A stretch of 64,000 bases of DNA, the filler included, from Pelomyxa schiedti (lineage: Eukaryota; Protista; Evosea): the NCBI GenBank assembly GCA_020536535.1. It is 14 parts of 14 records of this genome, joined end to end, with 100 filler letters (N's around TTAATTAATTAA, not from the genome) between each part and the next. Parts side by side here need not be neighbours in the genome. Positions count along the whole stretch, not along the records: positions 34,403 to 53,417 come from JAHLWZ010000367.1; positions 53,518 to 54,582 come from JAHLWZ010002900.1; positions 54,683 to 55,926 come from JAHLWZ010002657.1; positions 56,027 to 57,141 come from JAHLWZ010002807.1; positions 57,242 to 58,502 come from JAHLWZ010002642.1; positions 58,603 to 60,285 come from JAHLWZ010002332.1; positions 60,386 to 62,101 come from JAHLWZ010002313.1; positions 62,202 to 64,000 come from JAHLWZ010002267.1; 6 more parts are not named here. One strand, written 5' to 3'. Shown in pieces: positions 49,520 to 62,430 of the stretch. Every line of letters starts with the position of its first letter. Positions within the stretch are counted from its first letter, which is position 1. Below the pieces are notes generated by a model. The model ran no database searches and was not told the origin of the DNA. It saw only the letters and a list, made by a program, of their open reading frames with translations. The translations under genes were made by a program, and so were the position numbers.

Positions 49520-51548
49520 CAACTGTGACGGGGTGCAAGGTTATGGCCCTGAAGTGTTGCATCAGTGTGCGGAAGAGTGTCTGTCTTGCGCCTGCTTCCT
49601 CCTTCTCATAATTACTACCATAAATCGGTATAACTGTTGTTATGTGGGTAGAGTTCTCGAAGATTGGTATGTGTTTTGTAGGGGAGGATTTCATTCATAC
49701 GAATTCCTGAGCCACCAAAGTTGCTGCCACAACAGCGGCACTCACCCAGTAGGACACCCGCAAATCGCCGGTCGAGGTGGAGACTGCACCTCCAACAAGT
49801 GGCATAATGAACCCCCCTCCGGTGAGTACAGATTCGCTCAGTCCAACAAGCAGTCCTTTTAGAGAGTCGCTGGCTTGCAAGCTATAGACGACGCCGCTCA
49901 TTATGGAAAACCCGGCTGCTGCTCCCTAGTGTAGAAAATTAATGGGGTGATGGGTTCCGCTTTTAACTGTGTTACAATAAGAATAGCGGTCAAGAGAATA
50001 ACCCAACGATTCGATAAAAAGGAAATCCCAATGAGGCCAGCGATGACTCCCAGTTGAAATAGATATCTGTGGTGCAGGAAAGTCGGTCAAAGCAAAGAAA
50101 TTGGTTCCATACATAAGGACCCTTGAGTGCTTCCATCTTGTGGTAAAACTAAACAAGAAGAATGTAATTGTCTGGGAAGCAGCTGAAACCGCCATATATA
50201 TTCCCTGTGTTACAAATTAAACTTATTTTTTCAGGCGAAGTGGTGTACAAGGTAGAGAGGTCCTGGGTTTAAATTGAAAATATCAAATCCAATTTGTCTC
50301 TCATTGATAAGTAAGATATATTGGTTGTGAATGCAACCTGAGAGAAATCAAATCGTAAATGTGGAAGGGGCCACATACCCATTACCCCGTATGTGGTGAA
50401 GGAGAATGTCCATGTTAGTGGGATATACACAGTATTGATGTTGATTCTCGGGTCTACTGGGTAGGTTATGGCATTCAGGCTGGGGAAACTTTAAAAAAAA
50501 ACAAAAACAAACTGAAATAGCATACATTGAACGTCCCCAAGATAAAGGTGGAGCTCGAGCAGGTTCAGCATTACCAGTTTCCTCTGTTTCAGAGTGGATC
50601 TCTGATGCCTTAGTCATAACTTCCTCTGGAGCCGGAACTGGGATCTCCATGGGGGTTTCAGGTGGAAGTATTGACATTTCCATTTCTCCAGTTTTATCTC
50701 GTTGCTTTTGTCTAATCCAGGGCCGCCATGGGAAAATAAAAAGTACCACTGCTAAAAGGCAAGCAACAGGAATAAGTGCCCGCTCAGACAGCTGTGCCAA
50801 ATGTTAGAAAGAAGCAGAGTAGACTAACAAGTTGAAAACCTGGCCGGCCAGTGTTCCACCAAAGAGAAATCCAACCGTTTTAGCCACACCCCAGGAAATA
50901 CAAAAATACAGAACTTCCCGTTCCATGCGACCGGCGGGGGCTTCTTCTCCCACCTGTATAACAGTAAGAAATGGATAATGGACAATATACGAACTGCGAG
51001 GTTCACTACAGGCCAGAAAAAACCTTCTGCAGCCGCCACTAAGGCGGCAAAAATGTAGAGGTTCCAGACTGACCTGGGAACTTTCAGTAAAAGCAAAAGC
51101 ACACAGGACTTACTTTAGCAGTAAGGAAATGCAGACACAGGCCAGAAGGAATAAACCGATACCGATCCTCACTACAACCACAGAAGGAGCCAGTTTGAGC
51201 ACCAAAGAACTTACAGCCGGTGACGCAATGGCATACGACAGACATGTGCATGTCTCTAAAATTCCAAGTTCAAACTGCAATAAGAAGAAAGTCAACAAGT
51301 CGAAAAGTCATATTTCTATTTATATTAATGCTATCTATTCATATCGATTAATTACATCAAAACACACATACAGCAGTGGCACTGAGCTGGTCAGCCAGAA
51401 TCGGTAGGCTCACCCACCACTGCCATGCACTCACATTGTACAAGAATCCCACGGCCAAGTACTGACAATACCTCAGCCGGTGGTCCAAAAACACACCGTC
51501 CCAAACCCTCCTCCTAAGTCCTGCTCCACACCCACCACAACAACTCAT
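49520..51548 (-). CDS. MFS-type membrane transporter, multi-exon; 3' end approximate
   Basis: Hydrophobic exons with ILADQL, AAAEGFFWP, VGLSESVLTGGGFIMPLVGGAV. Confidence 0.65.
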
Positions 51549-51943
51549 GAATGAGAGCTCTCTGTCAGAAAAGCAATAAGTCCAAAACAGTCCAAAACAG
51601 TCCAAAAGTAAAAACCCTTTTGGAATTGTTAATAATCGAAAGAGAAAAGCACTGGCGCTTGATCGGCAGCGGAGCCCTGCCCTTGTTGTTGTTGAGGATC
51701 AACGCCCTTTTGTTGGTTTATTAAATTAATTTTCGTGTCGGCTTCGCCGGTGTGATGAGTTTCTCTCCTTCGGTGGAAGGATCTTGATCACTCCGAAATG
51801 GATTTGGCGGGTTCTAATCCGAATCTGGAATGCCCGGTCAGACAGCCGTTCTCCCAACAACCTGAAGCCAAGTGATTCTGGGTTGAAGGTTTTTTTTGTC
51901 ACTTGGCGTAAGGTTGTTGGGAAGAAGTGGTGGGTGTACAGGA

Positions 51944-53242
51944 CTACCAATCTGATAATGGGGTGTGCAGGCTAAGGCGTGAGACCTCAGGGAAATTGAT
52001 AGTGAGCACAACAGATCCTAATGTTGGTTCAATGACCTCAATCAGGTTGGGAAACACCTTGAAAATGAACCCTGACTCTATCTCCATGTAGAATTGCTTT
52101 CTGGATTTGAGTTTGCATTTGCTCCCTGAAATGAGATTCAGAGCATGTGCAGTGTTGTCACGGTGATAGATTCTGAGTGATCCCACCAGCTTCTTCGTGC
52201 TGCAGGAGACACAGAACAGGGAATCAGACAAGCGAAACACATCCTCACCGTGCTCATACTGGACCACTTCTCTTGTTCCACCCTCCACGAACTTCAGAAG
52301 TTCATTTCTGCTCTGTTGCCAGCTGACCTTCACAAGGAAAGTGCGTGACCCATAACTGGGAGAGAACGGATCGTCCCAGTTCCTCATCACAACAGCAGAG
52401 TAGAACCCATAGCCAACAACAGAAGGGAAATCACACCTCGTTGTGCTCAACACAGCCAGCTTCTTGCTGTTGCACGTCTCCTCCATGTCGACAGCAAGCA
52501 TCACAACGCAACTGTCCGTTACCTGAGCAACAACAACCTCCCTGTCAACAGACTGGTCCATGTAGACCCGGAGTGCAACGCAACCAGCCACCACAGGCAC
52601 ATCCACAACAACTGCGCGATCCACATCACACGTGGCACCATCACCACCAATTATCCCACCACCAATCCCTCCCTTGAGTGGTGCAACACTCATTCTCGCA
52701 ATTCCATCACTTATTCTGTTGCTGTTGGTGCTACTGCTATGTGTGGTGGTTGTTGGTGGTATGTTGGTCTCGAGGAAACGTGGGCGCGTTTCAATGCATA
52801 CAACCCACTTGGTGTTGAAATCTCGCATCCCATAATCGGGAAGCTCTGGGCGCGGCGGTGGCAGCCCTTCAAAAACGTTGCTGAAGTCCATCGGCGTTGT
52901 GGTCACTCGGCCTGGTGACGAGGAGAGGCTCATGAGGAGTGGCGAGAACGAGAAGTACAACGTGAGTCGGCGGGCATCCGTGGGGTCGTGGGGCAGGACC
53001 ATCAAACCCAGCGCGAAAACCCTGATTGTGGGACGCACTACTTCCTCCCACAGCATGCGCACGAACGACGTGGCGTGGTCGAGTCCCATAACTCGGAAAA
53101 TCGCAGACCCGGCGCCGCACCTGGCGATCGTGGCTCCGGCCGCCAGCGCACCAAGTTGGCCTCGCGTGGTGACTCCGCCGCCAAGTGGTGTCACGTCTCG
53201 ACACTCTCTGCTCGTGACGCTCCACCTTGTTGTTGTTTTCAT
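51944..53242 (-). CDS. HPRCG-family protein (RCGAGS subfamily), intact
   Basis: TRGQLGALAAGATIARCGAGSAIFRVMG; shares long near-identical blocks with 34403-35611. Confidence 0.85.
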   Translation of the reverse strand: MKTTTRWSVTSRECRDVTPLGGGVTTRGQLGALAAGATIARCGAGSAIFRVMGLDHATSFVRMLWEEVVRPTIRVFALGLMVLPHDPTDARRLTLYFSFSPLLMSLSSSPGRVTTTPMDFSNVFEGLPPPRPELPDYGMRDFNTKWVVCIETRPRFLETNIPPTTTTHSSSTNSNRISDGIARMSVAPLKGGIGGGIIGGDGATCDVDRAVVVDVPVVAGCVALRVYMDQSVDREVVVAQVTDSCVVMLAVDMEETCNSKKLAVLSTTRCDFPSVVGYGFYSAVVMRNWDDPFSPSYGSRTFLVKVSWQQSRNELLKFVEGGTREVVQYEHGEDVFRLSDSLFCVSCSTKKLVGSLRIYHRDNTAHALNLISGSKCKLKSRKQFYMEIESGFIFKVFPNLIEVIEPTLGSVVLTINFPEVSRLSLHTPLSDW

Positions 53243-53517
53243 GTTTTTTCGTTTTTTTTTTCGAAAAGTAGAAGAAATCAATTCTTTGCCTTGATGGTTT
53301 AAACTTGCGAGGTTCAGACCAAGAAGCATGAGAATGGAGTGCTGAGGTGTATCCACCTGACATCGGGGAAATTGATGACGAGGACAACCCGCCCCGATGT
53401 TGGCTCAATGACTTCAANNNNNNNNNNNNNNNNNNNNNNNNNNNNNNNNNNNNNNNNNNNNTTAATTAATTAANNNNNNNNNNNNNNNNNNNNNNNNNNN
53501 NNNNNNNNNNNNNNNNN

Positions 53518-54196
53518 TGATTGACCTTGGATGTGCAAAGAAATTCCCAAACGGATCACTTGAGAGGGAAACAGGGTGCTTTGTTGGGGCAGTGGGGAAT
53601 CTGTCTCACCTTGCACCAGAAATTCTCAACGGGATTGCGCTGTACACACAGCACCCTGATCGCTGTCCAAGGTTGCCTTGTGGAAAGGTGTGACTGTGAT
53701 TTAACAGTTAACAACAAAACGCACACGCACTCTTTCTCTCTCTCTTGCACGCCACACACCCCCTGATTCCGTCGCTCGCTCTCACCTCTCACCTTTCCAA
53801 AACCAAAACCCCAGCAACCATCATTCGAACTTGGATGCATTTTGTTTGAACTTGCGATGGGTGGTCAACATCCACTGCCAGGATACCCGGCAGCTTATGG
53901 TCCAACCGGCCAGGTTGACTTTTCAGTTCAGAGTGAGGAGCAGTTTCCAATGAGACCGCCGGAATTCCCAAGGGAGTTCTGCCACATTGTGCGCGGGTTG
54001 CTTGAGTGTGACCCCGCAAAGAGGATTCCCCTTTTGGATGCATCCAAACAGTTGGAAACTGTGGTTCCCGATCCGAGTCCTCAGGAACAGCTCTCGTTTT
54101 ACACTCTGTTGGAACCAATGGCAAACGACGACCACGATGATGATGACGATGATCCAGGTTGCGTTTCCGAGCTTTCGTGATGTTTAAAATTGATGT

Positions 54197-54233
<37 letters not shown>

Positions 54234-54582
54234 TCATGCACTGGCCAATTTAAAACACAAAAAAAAAAAAAAGGGAGGCTCACGGCAAAGGCTCTTTGCC
54301 AGATTCTGAGTGGCCACTCGACAACAACAACAAGGGACTGTTTTGACACTCTCCACAGAGCTCTCGATGTTGAGCCGTTGTTCTCACCAGCGTTGTTGAT
54401 TTTTCATTATTTGCTTTCTTCTGGTGCCTCTGCATCCGCATCCGCATCCACATTCACGGTGCATGAAAGTGGTGTGACGAGAAAGGGAATACGAGCAGCA
54501 GTCTCAGGGAAGGCTTCGTTCACACACACAGATTTAGAATTCGAGAGAGCCATCAACCAGAGCCACAGAACAACTCTCCCTG
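53518..54582 (+). CDS. Protein kinase C-lobe fragment (PINK1-like signature) plus a downstream helical exon
   Basis: GNLSHLAPEILN, QPSFELGCILFELA, LLECDPAKRI. Confidence 0.7.
54194..54232. repeat. (TG)n microsatellite, probably intronic
   Basis: Direct reading of the TG run. Confidence 0.9.
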
Positions 54583-54682
54583 NNNNNNNNNNNNNNNNNN
54601 NNNNNNNNNNNNNNNNNNNNNNNNNNTTAATTAATTAANNNNNNNNNNNNNNNNNNNNNNNNNNNNNNNNNNNNNNNNNNNN

Positions 54683-54900
54683 TTGATGGGCCAGGCGACG
54701 TTGTTGGCAAAGCAAAAGGGCTCGATTGTAAACCGTCGGCGCGTGTCCTTGACCATCTCCCACACGATCTTCACGGCACCCAGTGCCTCGGACGACGGGA
54801 TTCCATTGTGGGACAAGCCGCACCTCGGGTGCGACACGAGGCACAGTGCAGCGAATTGGTCGTTGGCACGAAGGTTCACAGTAGCGTGCCGTGCCTGCAT
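54683..54900 (-). CDS. HPRCG-family 5' fragment
   Basis: ANDQFAALCLVSHPRCG..VKIVWEMV. Confidence 0.7.
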
Positions 54901-55319
54901 TTTTGCGGAATAGATTAATCAAAGATCGTAACGCGTCTTCCAGCCACACGAAACTCATCACTCGGCGTTGTGTCACACACCCACACAAGGCTGGAGTACC
55001 GCTTTTATAGATGATGACTCAGAACGCGTTGTCACGCGCAGTCCTTCCCGACCAGAGCGGCGGCAGGGGATCGCCCGCATCGCACGTTCCCGCTCCTCTG
55101 GGAAGGTGCAGCGACTGGATTGTGGGAGGAAAAAAACACCAAGAACGACAGGAGGGAGTGTGTTAATAAGTTACAAAAGATCGGCTTGTTGCGGCGAGGA
55201 GTCCCGTAGCCCTGATGTTGATTAAGCACTTTGGTATACGATTGTGCTTACTGAATCCGACGAGTTTGATGTTACGTAAGCACTTTCTACCAGGTTCAGC
55301 AAATGGTCCCATACCTCAA

Positions 55320-55490
55320 ACTTTCTGCTGACAAGACTGCTTGAGGTTTCCCCGATTCTGGCATCCCAGGCAACAAATCTTGAAGTGGCTAATGATTAAG
55401 TTCCATCTGGATTCCGTTGTCAAACATGACGCACTGACTGTGTGTAAAGAATGGCTTATCAGAAAGTTCCATGTTACACTGCATGAGGTA
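55320..55490 (+). pseudogene. Fragment resembling the C-terminus of the ankyrin-like family
   Basis: ILKWLMIKFHL..CKEWLIRKFHVTLHE resembles VKWVIRKFNL..CVQWLLQSFDIPL at 1550-1700. Confidence 0.4.
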
Positions 55491-58400
55491 TTATTTTAAT
55501 TCTTAATTCGATAAAGATACAACACAATTACTTCAAAGTTAATCATGACAAAAGTTCTCACTTGTAATGGAATATGACGTCTGACAACACACTTGAATCA
55601 GGAATTGGCATATCCGCAGATGATCTGCGTGTTCTTTTCTTTCCCGAAAATGAAGGCCAGCCATTCCCTCAACCACTTTGAGACATTCTTGACAACACCA
55701 TCCTGCACTTTCAAATCTAAAGTCACAGAGTACGCTACACGACGCTCGTAATAGCGACTTAGCTTTTCCTTCACAAGACCAAATAACTCAAACGCAACAA
55801 TACTTTATTCAACACTCAATTACTCAACCAATTTAACGACCATTGTGATCTCGTTGAAACGGAGATCTTATAAATGCTATGCAGGGGAATGGTGCCAAAG
55901 GTGTCAAGCTTAGCTTTGGTGAATCTNNNNNNNNNNNNNNNNNNNNNNNNNNNNNNNNNNNNNNNNNNNNTTAATTAATTAANNNNNNNNNNNNNNNNNN
56001 NNNNNNNNNNNNNNNNNNNNNNNNNNACTTACGGTGCAGTTACGTGTGTTGGTGTGGCAGTCTGTGACGCGGGTGTTGGGGTGCCTTCATGGGGGCTTGT
56101 TGCCTACATTGGGCCAAAGCGAGGCTGTGCATCGTGCACCGCTCGTGAACGTTTTTCTGTGAGATCGCCAGTGACACCGTTACCGGGCCACGGTGCAGTG
56201 CATCGTAACTGTTGTCACTCTTCACCAGCATCGGGACGCCAGCAACCCGATGCGTAATTAAAAATCGCGGCTTCTCTGATGAGTAAACAAATGCCGCGAA
56301 AGTTGTAACGGATGGGGTTTCCTTGTTTGGACTCCAACACACGAGTTGCCTGCGACTTTTCTGCGGCCAGCACCACCCTCTGCCCAAGTCAATTTTTTTG
56401 TCAAAATTTTTTCACGACTTTTGCAAACCACTGTACCAATTTGGGTACAAATTCAGCTCTCCAATGTTCATACAAATTGTGGCAAAGGTACCTCGGTTAG
56501 AAATTTGGGCTACCCCAGGAATTCGAGCTATTCGTTAGATTTGACCCAGAATCCCTGGCTGAGCAAACAAGCGCTTTTTCCCACCGAATCCCAAGTGACG
56601 CGTTCCAGGCTTCCTCTATCAGAACACCTGAAACACCCGCCGTAAATTAGAGAAGTAGTGTGGTGGTGAAGCCGCATAGTGCGGGAGTAACTAAGACAAT
56701 CCCCTTTTTCTCAGTGGTGTTATTAGTGTGGGTTTGCGGTTGTTTGCTCCCCGCTGTGCCTCTGAGAGATTCGGCTTTCAAGCTATCCCCGCACACCCCA
56801 CTAAAATCCGCTTCCCCAGTTCTATAGCTCTAACCACCCCTCCGCGGCTCCCCGCCACACAAATTGTGTTAAATCTCCCCATCCAAATTGGAATCAGGGT
56901 GACAGTGTGTCTTGGTCCTCGTCATCAGCCCAGTTCTCCAACGGAGCCCGGGTTGTGTTGAAATTTAGGGGTTTGGCTTCTACCTTGCAACCACCAAAGG
57001 CTTTCATCAAAGTTGCTGCTGGAACCCCTTTTGAAGGGCTCCAGCTCAGACGGGAGTGGCTCAAGGTGCAAAAGCTGGAGGCTTAGTGGTGATGAAAAGG
57101 CCACGCGCGGGAACCGGGACCACTCGCTGCTGGGGATTCTCNNNNNNNNNNNNNNNNNNNNNNNNNNNNNNNNNNNNNNNNNNNNTTAATTAATTAANNN
57201 NNNNNNNNNNNNNNNNNNNNNNNNNNNNNNNNNNNNNNNNNCAACTAGAGTAGACTTGCACAGTAAAAATGAAGCAGTCGAGGCAGCTAAGGCAGAACTT
57301 ACGAGTACAAAAGAAGGTGGCTGTTTTTTTGTTGTCCTCGATTCCACTAATAAATTCCAAGGTGGTTGGTTTTCAATCAAATCCCTGTCTGCACAATTGA
57401 AACAACTGCCCAAGCAGCTCTCTTAAGACGAAAACCATAGTTTTCCAAAACCTAAAAGCATCAAAACGACTTCCTTTGGAACCGTTGTTCTTTTAGCCCT
57501 CAAAGAGTCCAAATGTAAATGCACATGGATTCAGAGCAGAAAGTTGATACCTAATGTCTTGGCATTGATTTAGAAGACGATAGAAAAAGGCCTTGGCAAA
57601 TCTTTCAATCGCCAACTAAACAGCGACGAAGTGTCCAGTGCGAAACAGTTCAGGAACTACCTTTTTTTTCTTTCCCCTGATAACGGCACGTATATTCGGG
57701 AATGGGTGGGTCAAAGGCCTTGAATTTATCGACCGATAAATACCTACGGCAATCATAGCAATCGAGCAATTGAAAAGATATCCACTGAAGAGGGGGATGA
57801 GTTCGGTCCTACCGCCTATAATATCTTACTTGTAGACAACAATGATGAGGAAACACTACATACCTCATCAGTGTTTGGCTCTAGGTGCCAACAGGTGAAA
57901 TGAATGAGACAGCATCGTTCAGTTTAACGCAAGCGAGGAAGCATAGTGTGACACAACCCAGGAATCAAGTTGAACAGTACTCCAAGGTAGACCATTTCAT
58001 TGGCCCCCACAGCATAACACCCAACAAGTTCAGTGCGATCGAGAGACAGGCCTACCCACACATCAGACACCCCCAAACAACCCAGCAACAACAAGAGCAA
58101 TTTTTTGAAACGAAACGCTTTGTTGTTTCCTTCCAAGCACAAGATAATTTTTTTTTCTGCTGAGCCCAGGAGTACTGTCCCATCTCTGTTAGTGAAACTC
58201 AAGGTCGCCGCTTCGAGAACGAGATGGCCAGCAAACCAGGGCAGCCTGTCCAAGTTGGAGGCAGTGTCAAGACTGAAAACGAGGCGCTCGAGGCCGAGCG
58301 GCTCAAGTATAAAAAGAGTGTCAAGGTCACCATCAAGAATGACACCAACTACTCTTTCTTGAGGTGTGTGTAGTTCCACTCAGGCATTGTGTCACTTATT

Positions 58401-59624
58401 GTACATAGTCATAACTATGTTGTCTAGATAGCTGTAACAGTATTACTGTTTTAATTCGCGAACACTGATATTAATGGTAGGACCAAGATAAAGATAATGC
58501 ATNNNNNNNNNNNNNNNNNNNNNNNNNNNNNNNNNNNNNNNNNNNNTTAATTAATTAANNNNNNNNNNNNNNNNNNNNNNNNNNNNNNNNNNNNNNNNNN
58601 NNGTAACCCACAATGTACTCATGGGAGCCAAGCATGCAACTACTATAGTTGTAACAACAGAAACGGCCGCTGCCGGAACAACAAGTTTCAACGAGCAAGC
58701 TATCCTATTTTTCCTTTGGTGAGCAACAAATGAAATAAATAAATTACTACTACGAGGCAAATGTTTCCATACATAGTGTCCACAAAACAAAATGCTCTAC
58801 ACCAAACAGATACCTTTTCTTCTTGAGGAGTTTTGATGATACAATAGGCATTCCGATTCCCCTGAGCTGTGCATTACTACCAGTACTACTATGTGACATT
58901 CTTACAGCACCCCTCTCGTTGTCACCGTCATCACTCCCATCATCACCAACTCTGTTGTTGCGAATAACACCACCAAAGTTCATCATGATGGTGCGGCACA
59001 CAAATTCTCTGAGTTGTCAACACACAACAATTTCCGAACACACCTGTCCCCAGTTATATGCAATAAAAATAAAATGTGTTGTATAACCAATTAGCAATAC
59101 ACCAGCTCCCCAAACTTGCTTCTGTCGTTATCGCCTTCCTTGTTACAAAAATAATTAGAAGTACGTTTTCTTATGTTTCCGCAGGGATTCCCTTATTTAC
59201 GCTGGAAGGGAGAAGTTCACGAAGGGGAAAGGCCAATCGCCAAATGGACAAGTAGGCTGTTACTATATATACGTAGATGTGCACGATCTTCGTGGTAGGG
59301 AGTGATGTTGCACCTAGCCAGATTTCCGGTGGAACTCTGAATGGAAGCTACTCGGAATGGGACTGGGTACATGACTAACTAACCTTTTTGACTCCTGCTT
59401 GTCTCAGCGTTTTTGACAAGACATGCAGGTCCGATCCCGCTCTTTCGTTTTTTGAAACTCATCAGGTTTATGTGAACCATCACTTCTGTTCACGGAGACT
59501 GACAGGGATGGATTGGGGCTTCTCTTTCTACCTTGTACACAAATGGACCGGTGGTGATAAATCTCAATGATGAAGTGTTTCACAAAGAGAGTTCGCTGAA
59601 CAGTTTTGGCATAATTGGTAGGTG

Positions 59625-60285
59625 ATGAGCCACACATCCACACCCAGCAGCAGTACCACCACTACCACGCCGACGTCGTCGGCTGCGGCGGCGATAAATA
59701 GCTTCGCGACTATTACCAGCGATGATGGCGCGACTCCGACATCAATGCCTTTCGGTTTGTGCAACTTTTTTTTTTGAACATTTTGTTTTTTTTTTTACTT
59801 TTTTTATAGGGAAAGCTGTTGAGAGTGTTGATGTGTGTGTTGAGACGGGAAAAATTGCCGTAGGGTGTTCGTCGCTCACTGGAGATGTATAGTACCTTCC
59901 TATTTAAAAACGTTAGTGGATAAAAAAAAAAAAAATAAAACGAAATGAAGTTAACCTACATAGAGTTGGGAAGGCTCCATATCTGTTCATTTCAATGGCC
60001 GCACAAGAACTTGGAATTGTGGTGGGGGTGTCTCATGCGTGCGGTGGTACGACGCTACCCACCTGCTCACGGCTGACGATGCTTCTTCTACTGTTTCTCT
60101 GTGGTGCCCTGATGACTCTTCTCAATGGTGAATTCTATTTGTTGGGCTGTTTTTTTTGCTGAATAGTACCAGGGGACATGCGGAACATGACGATATTGTC
60201 AGTAGAGTGAGTGTGCATCCAAACCATGACCAGAAAGCATTCTTGACTTCAAGCTGGGATGGAACGTGGGTCTTCATTTCCCGCA
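59625..60285 (+). CDS. WD40 protein, MEP50/WDR77-like, 5' part, multi-exon
   Basis: AVGCSSLTGD..WEGSI and EHDDIVSRVSV resemble MEP50 LGASSLSG..WAGSL and EHDDIVSTVSV as recalled. Confidence 0.65.
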
Positions 60286-60385
60286 NNNNNNNNNNNNNNN
60301 NNNNNNNNNNNNNNNNNNNNNNNNNNNNNTTAATTAATTAANNNNNNNNNNNNNNNNNNNNNNNNNNNNNNNNNNNNNNNNNNNN

Positions 60386-60575
60386 AGTCGGCCCAGCCCA
60401 TCTTGGCGTCCCTGCGGTGCATCCTCAGGAGGTAGGGCACGATGTTGCGCCACACCACGCTCGATATGAGGAGGACCTTGGTGGCCTCCGCCCTTTTCTC
60501 TGGTGCTATCTCCACTACCACGGCGCCTCCTCCATCGCCGGTTGAAACGCGGTCCGGCGCAACGGCTGACTTCAT
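60386..60575 (-). CDS. 5' fragment of an ankyrin-like family gene
   Basis: VLLISSVVWRNIVP resembles VLEVSRVVLDMVVRP of the gene at 1-688. Confidence 0.4.
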
Positions 60576-60610
60576 TTTTTTTTGATTTGATGTTTTTGCT
60601 CCATCTTGTT

Positions 60611-61642
60611 TCAAGAAAACAAAGCGAGAGTCCAGACTTCAATGTCAGCAACCAGCCAGCCATTGCATGATCCTGTGAGGTATTCGTTTGGGGGGTCGTG
60701 CGGTGGTGGCTCAACGGAAGCTGCGTTGGACAGGCTTGTGTAGCTGCCAGCGAGTGTGTTGCAGTCGTTGCATATGTGCAAGCTGTGGCCAAACCCGTAG
60801 GTTGGTCCATAATCGTCGCGGCAATAAATGCAGTGGTGGTGATCTGTGCACCTGAGGATCGTTCCTGTTGTGGTACCGGCACGAACAAGGCTGTATAGAA
60901 ACATGCGTCCTCCACACCCTCCTCTCCAAGTGCCCTCGCTGCCACCAAACGGAAGGTTTGTGTATGCTCCACAGATATCTGCATGTGTTATGAACGGTAC
61001 ATAGAGAAACTGAAGAGTATAATAGGCGGCGACGAAATAGAGAGAGTACACACAATTTGTTGTGGTCTTTACAATGGACAGTGTTGGCGCGATGTTGTCA
61101 CACAGTTCATGGAACTTCTCAGCAGTGAAACCATCCGCTGATCCACGCCACAGCAGCCGCCACTTCGAGTTTGTCATAGTGTGGCCCATGGCACCCTCCG
61201 CACCGACAACCATCTCGTGCAACTTGTTGTCAAGTTCACGTGTCGTGAGTATCTTGCTTTCTCGGAATGCTCTGTGTGTGTGTTGTGAATGATTATTTGT
61301 TTGGTTTGTTTAACACATACAGGGGATCGTTTATTTGCTCTGCTTTTGGTGGAGTGCATGCCGTTACAGCTGTCGGTGTGCCTATTCTCAAGTCAATCGC
61401 GACGTGCATTTTGAAAGCTGGCAATTTGTGCACTTTGTTCAAGTGTTTTGCACATAGCTTGGGGTGAAACGAGAGAGTAAGAGTGATGAAAAAGTTGCGA
61501 GTGACTCAGACAGAGAGCGACGTAGAGACAGACAAACCATGCCACACGTTTCACACTTGAATTCGGCGGGATTTGTGTCATCACAAATTGCACATGTTCC
61601 CTCCCTCACTTCACCCGTGTTCGTTGGAGGAGCCGCAGCCAT
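60611..61642 (-). CDS. TLDc-domain protein with an N-terminal B-box-like Cys motif, spliced
   Basis: CAICD..AEFKCETC; WRLLWRGSADGF..FHELCD..PTLSIVKT, GAYT, FLYSL, YGPTYG, VADIEVW. Confidence 0.85.
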
Positions 61643-61723
61643 CTCGTGGTTGCAACCAAAACAAAGCCGTTGAACTTCTGATCAGAAAAATTTTCGGACA
61701 AGGTAGCTTCTGCTTTGTGTGGC

Positions 61724-62101
61724 AATGGAAAGAGACTGCGGTGCGTTGAAATCACCTGCGCCCAAGAGACCAAGGACGAACACCAACGTAACTTTTCACG
61801 TGCCAAGTGACAAGCCTCTCCCTCACCCACAATTCACGATGGACCCACAAGTCGTGTTGAGTGCCACTCTGCAGTTCGCGTCGTTGGCCGCGTCGTACCA
61901 CCCAAGGTGTGGGGCCCTATGCACCCTGCGTCGTGGCGCCGCAGTTGCTTCTGGTGCGATGGTGGTGGGCCCAGATTGCGGTCGTGATCATCATCACACA
62001 AATGGGAGCAGCGGCGGAATCTGCGGTGGTGGTAGTAGTGATGACGCAGTGGATTCCGAGGTGGCCCTGATTGTGAGGCTAGTGTGGGATTGGTGCGTCG
62101 G
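61724..62101 (+). CDS. HPRCG-family 5' fragment
   Basis: SATLQFASLAASYHPRCGA..LIVRLVWDWCV. Confidence 0.7.
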
Positions 62102-62201
62102 NNNNNNNNNNNNNNNNNNNNNNNNNNNNNNNNNNNNNNNNNNNNTTAATTAATTAANNNNNNNNNNNNNNNNNNNNNNNNNNNNNNNNNNNNNNNNNNN
62201 N

Positions 62202-62430
62202 GTTAAGTTATATAAAAAAAAACTAATAAATTAATCATTATGAAAATTGCACGTGCGCACGCAACAACCTCTCCTTTTCGTTCGTTTACAGAGTTGAGCA
62301 GCCCTGGGTCGAGCGCCAGCATCGCTTGCAACTTGTCGGCGTTGCCATTAAACGCAGCATCGAACCACTCGTCGGGCCCAACACGTGGCCCCGACCCGCT
62401 TGTGCTTGTGGCGCTCGTTGATGCTGCCAT
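62202..62430 (-). CDS. First exon of a probable ankyrin-repeat protein
   Basis: WFDAAFNGNADKLQAML..LLNSVNE. Confidence 0.5.

Noticed and set aside
56027-57900. Short ORFs on two small contigs
   Set aside because: No recognisable motif or consistent exon chain
3175-62201. Recurrent TTAATTAATTAA motif flanked by Ns, which could be read as a repeat system or piggyBac TTAA site
   Set aside because: Fixed 100-nt artificial concatenation spacer; adjacency and orientation across it carry no meaning
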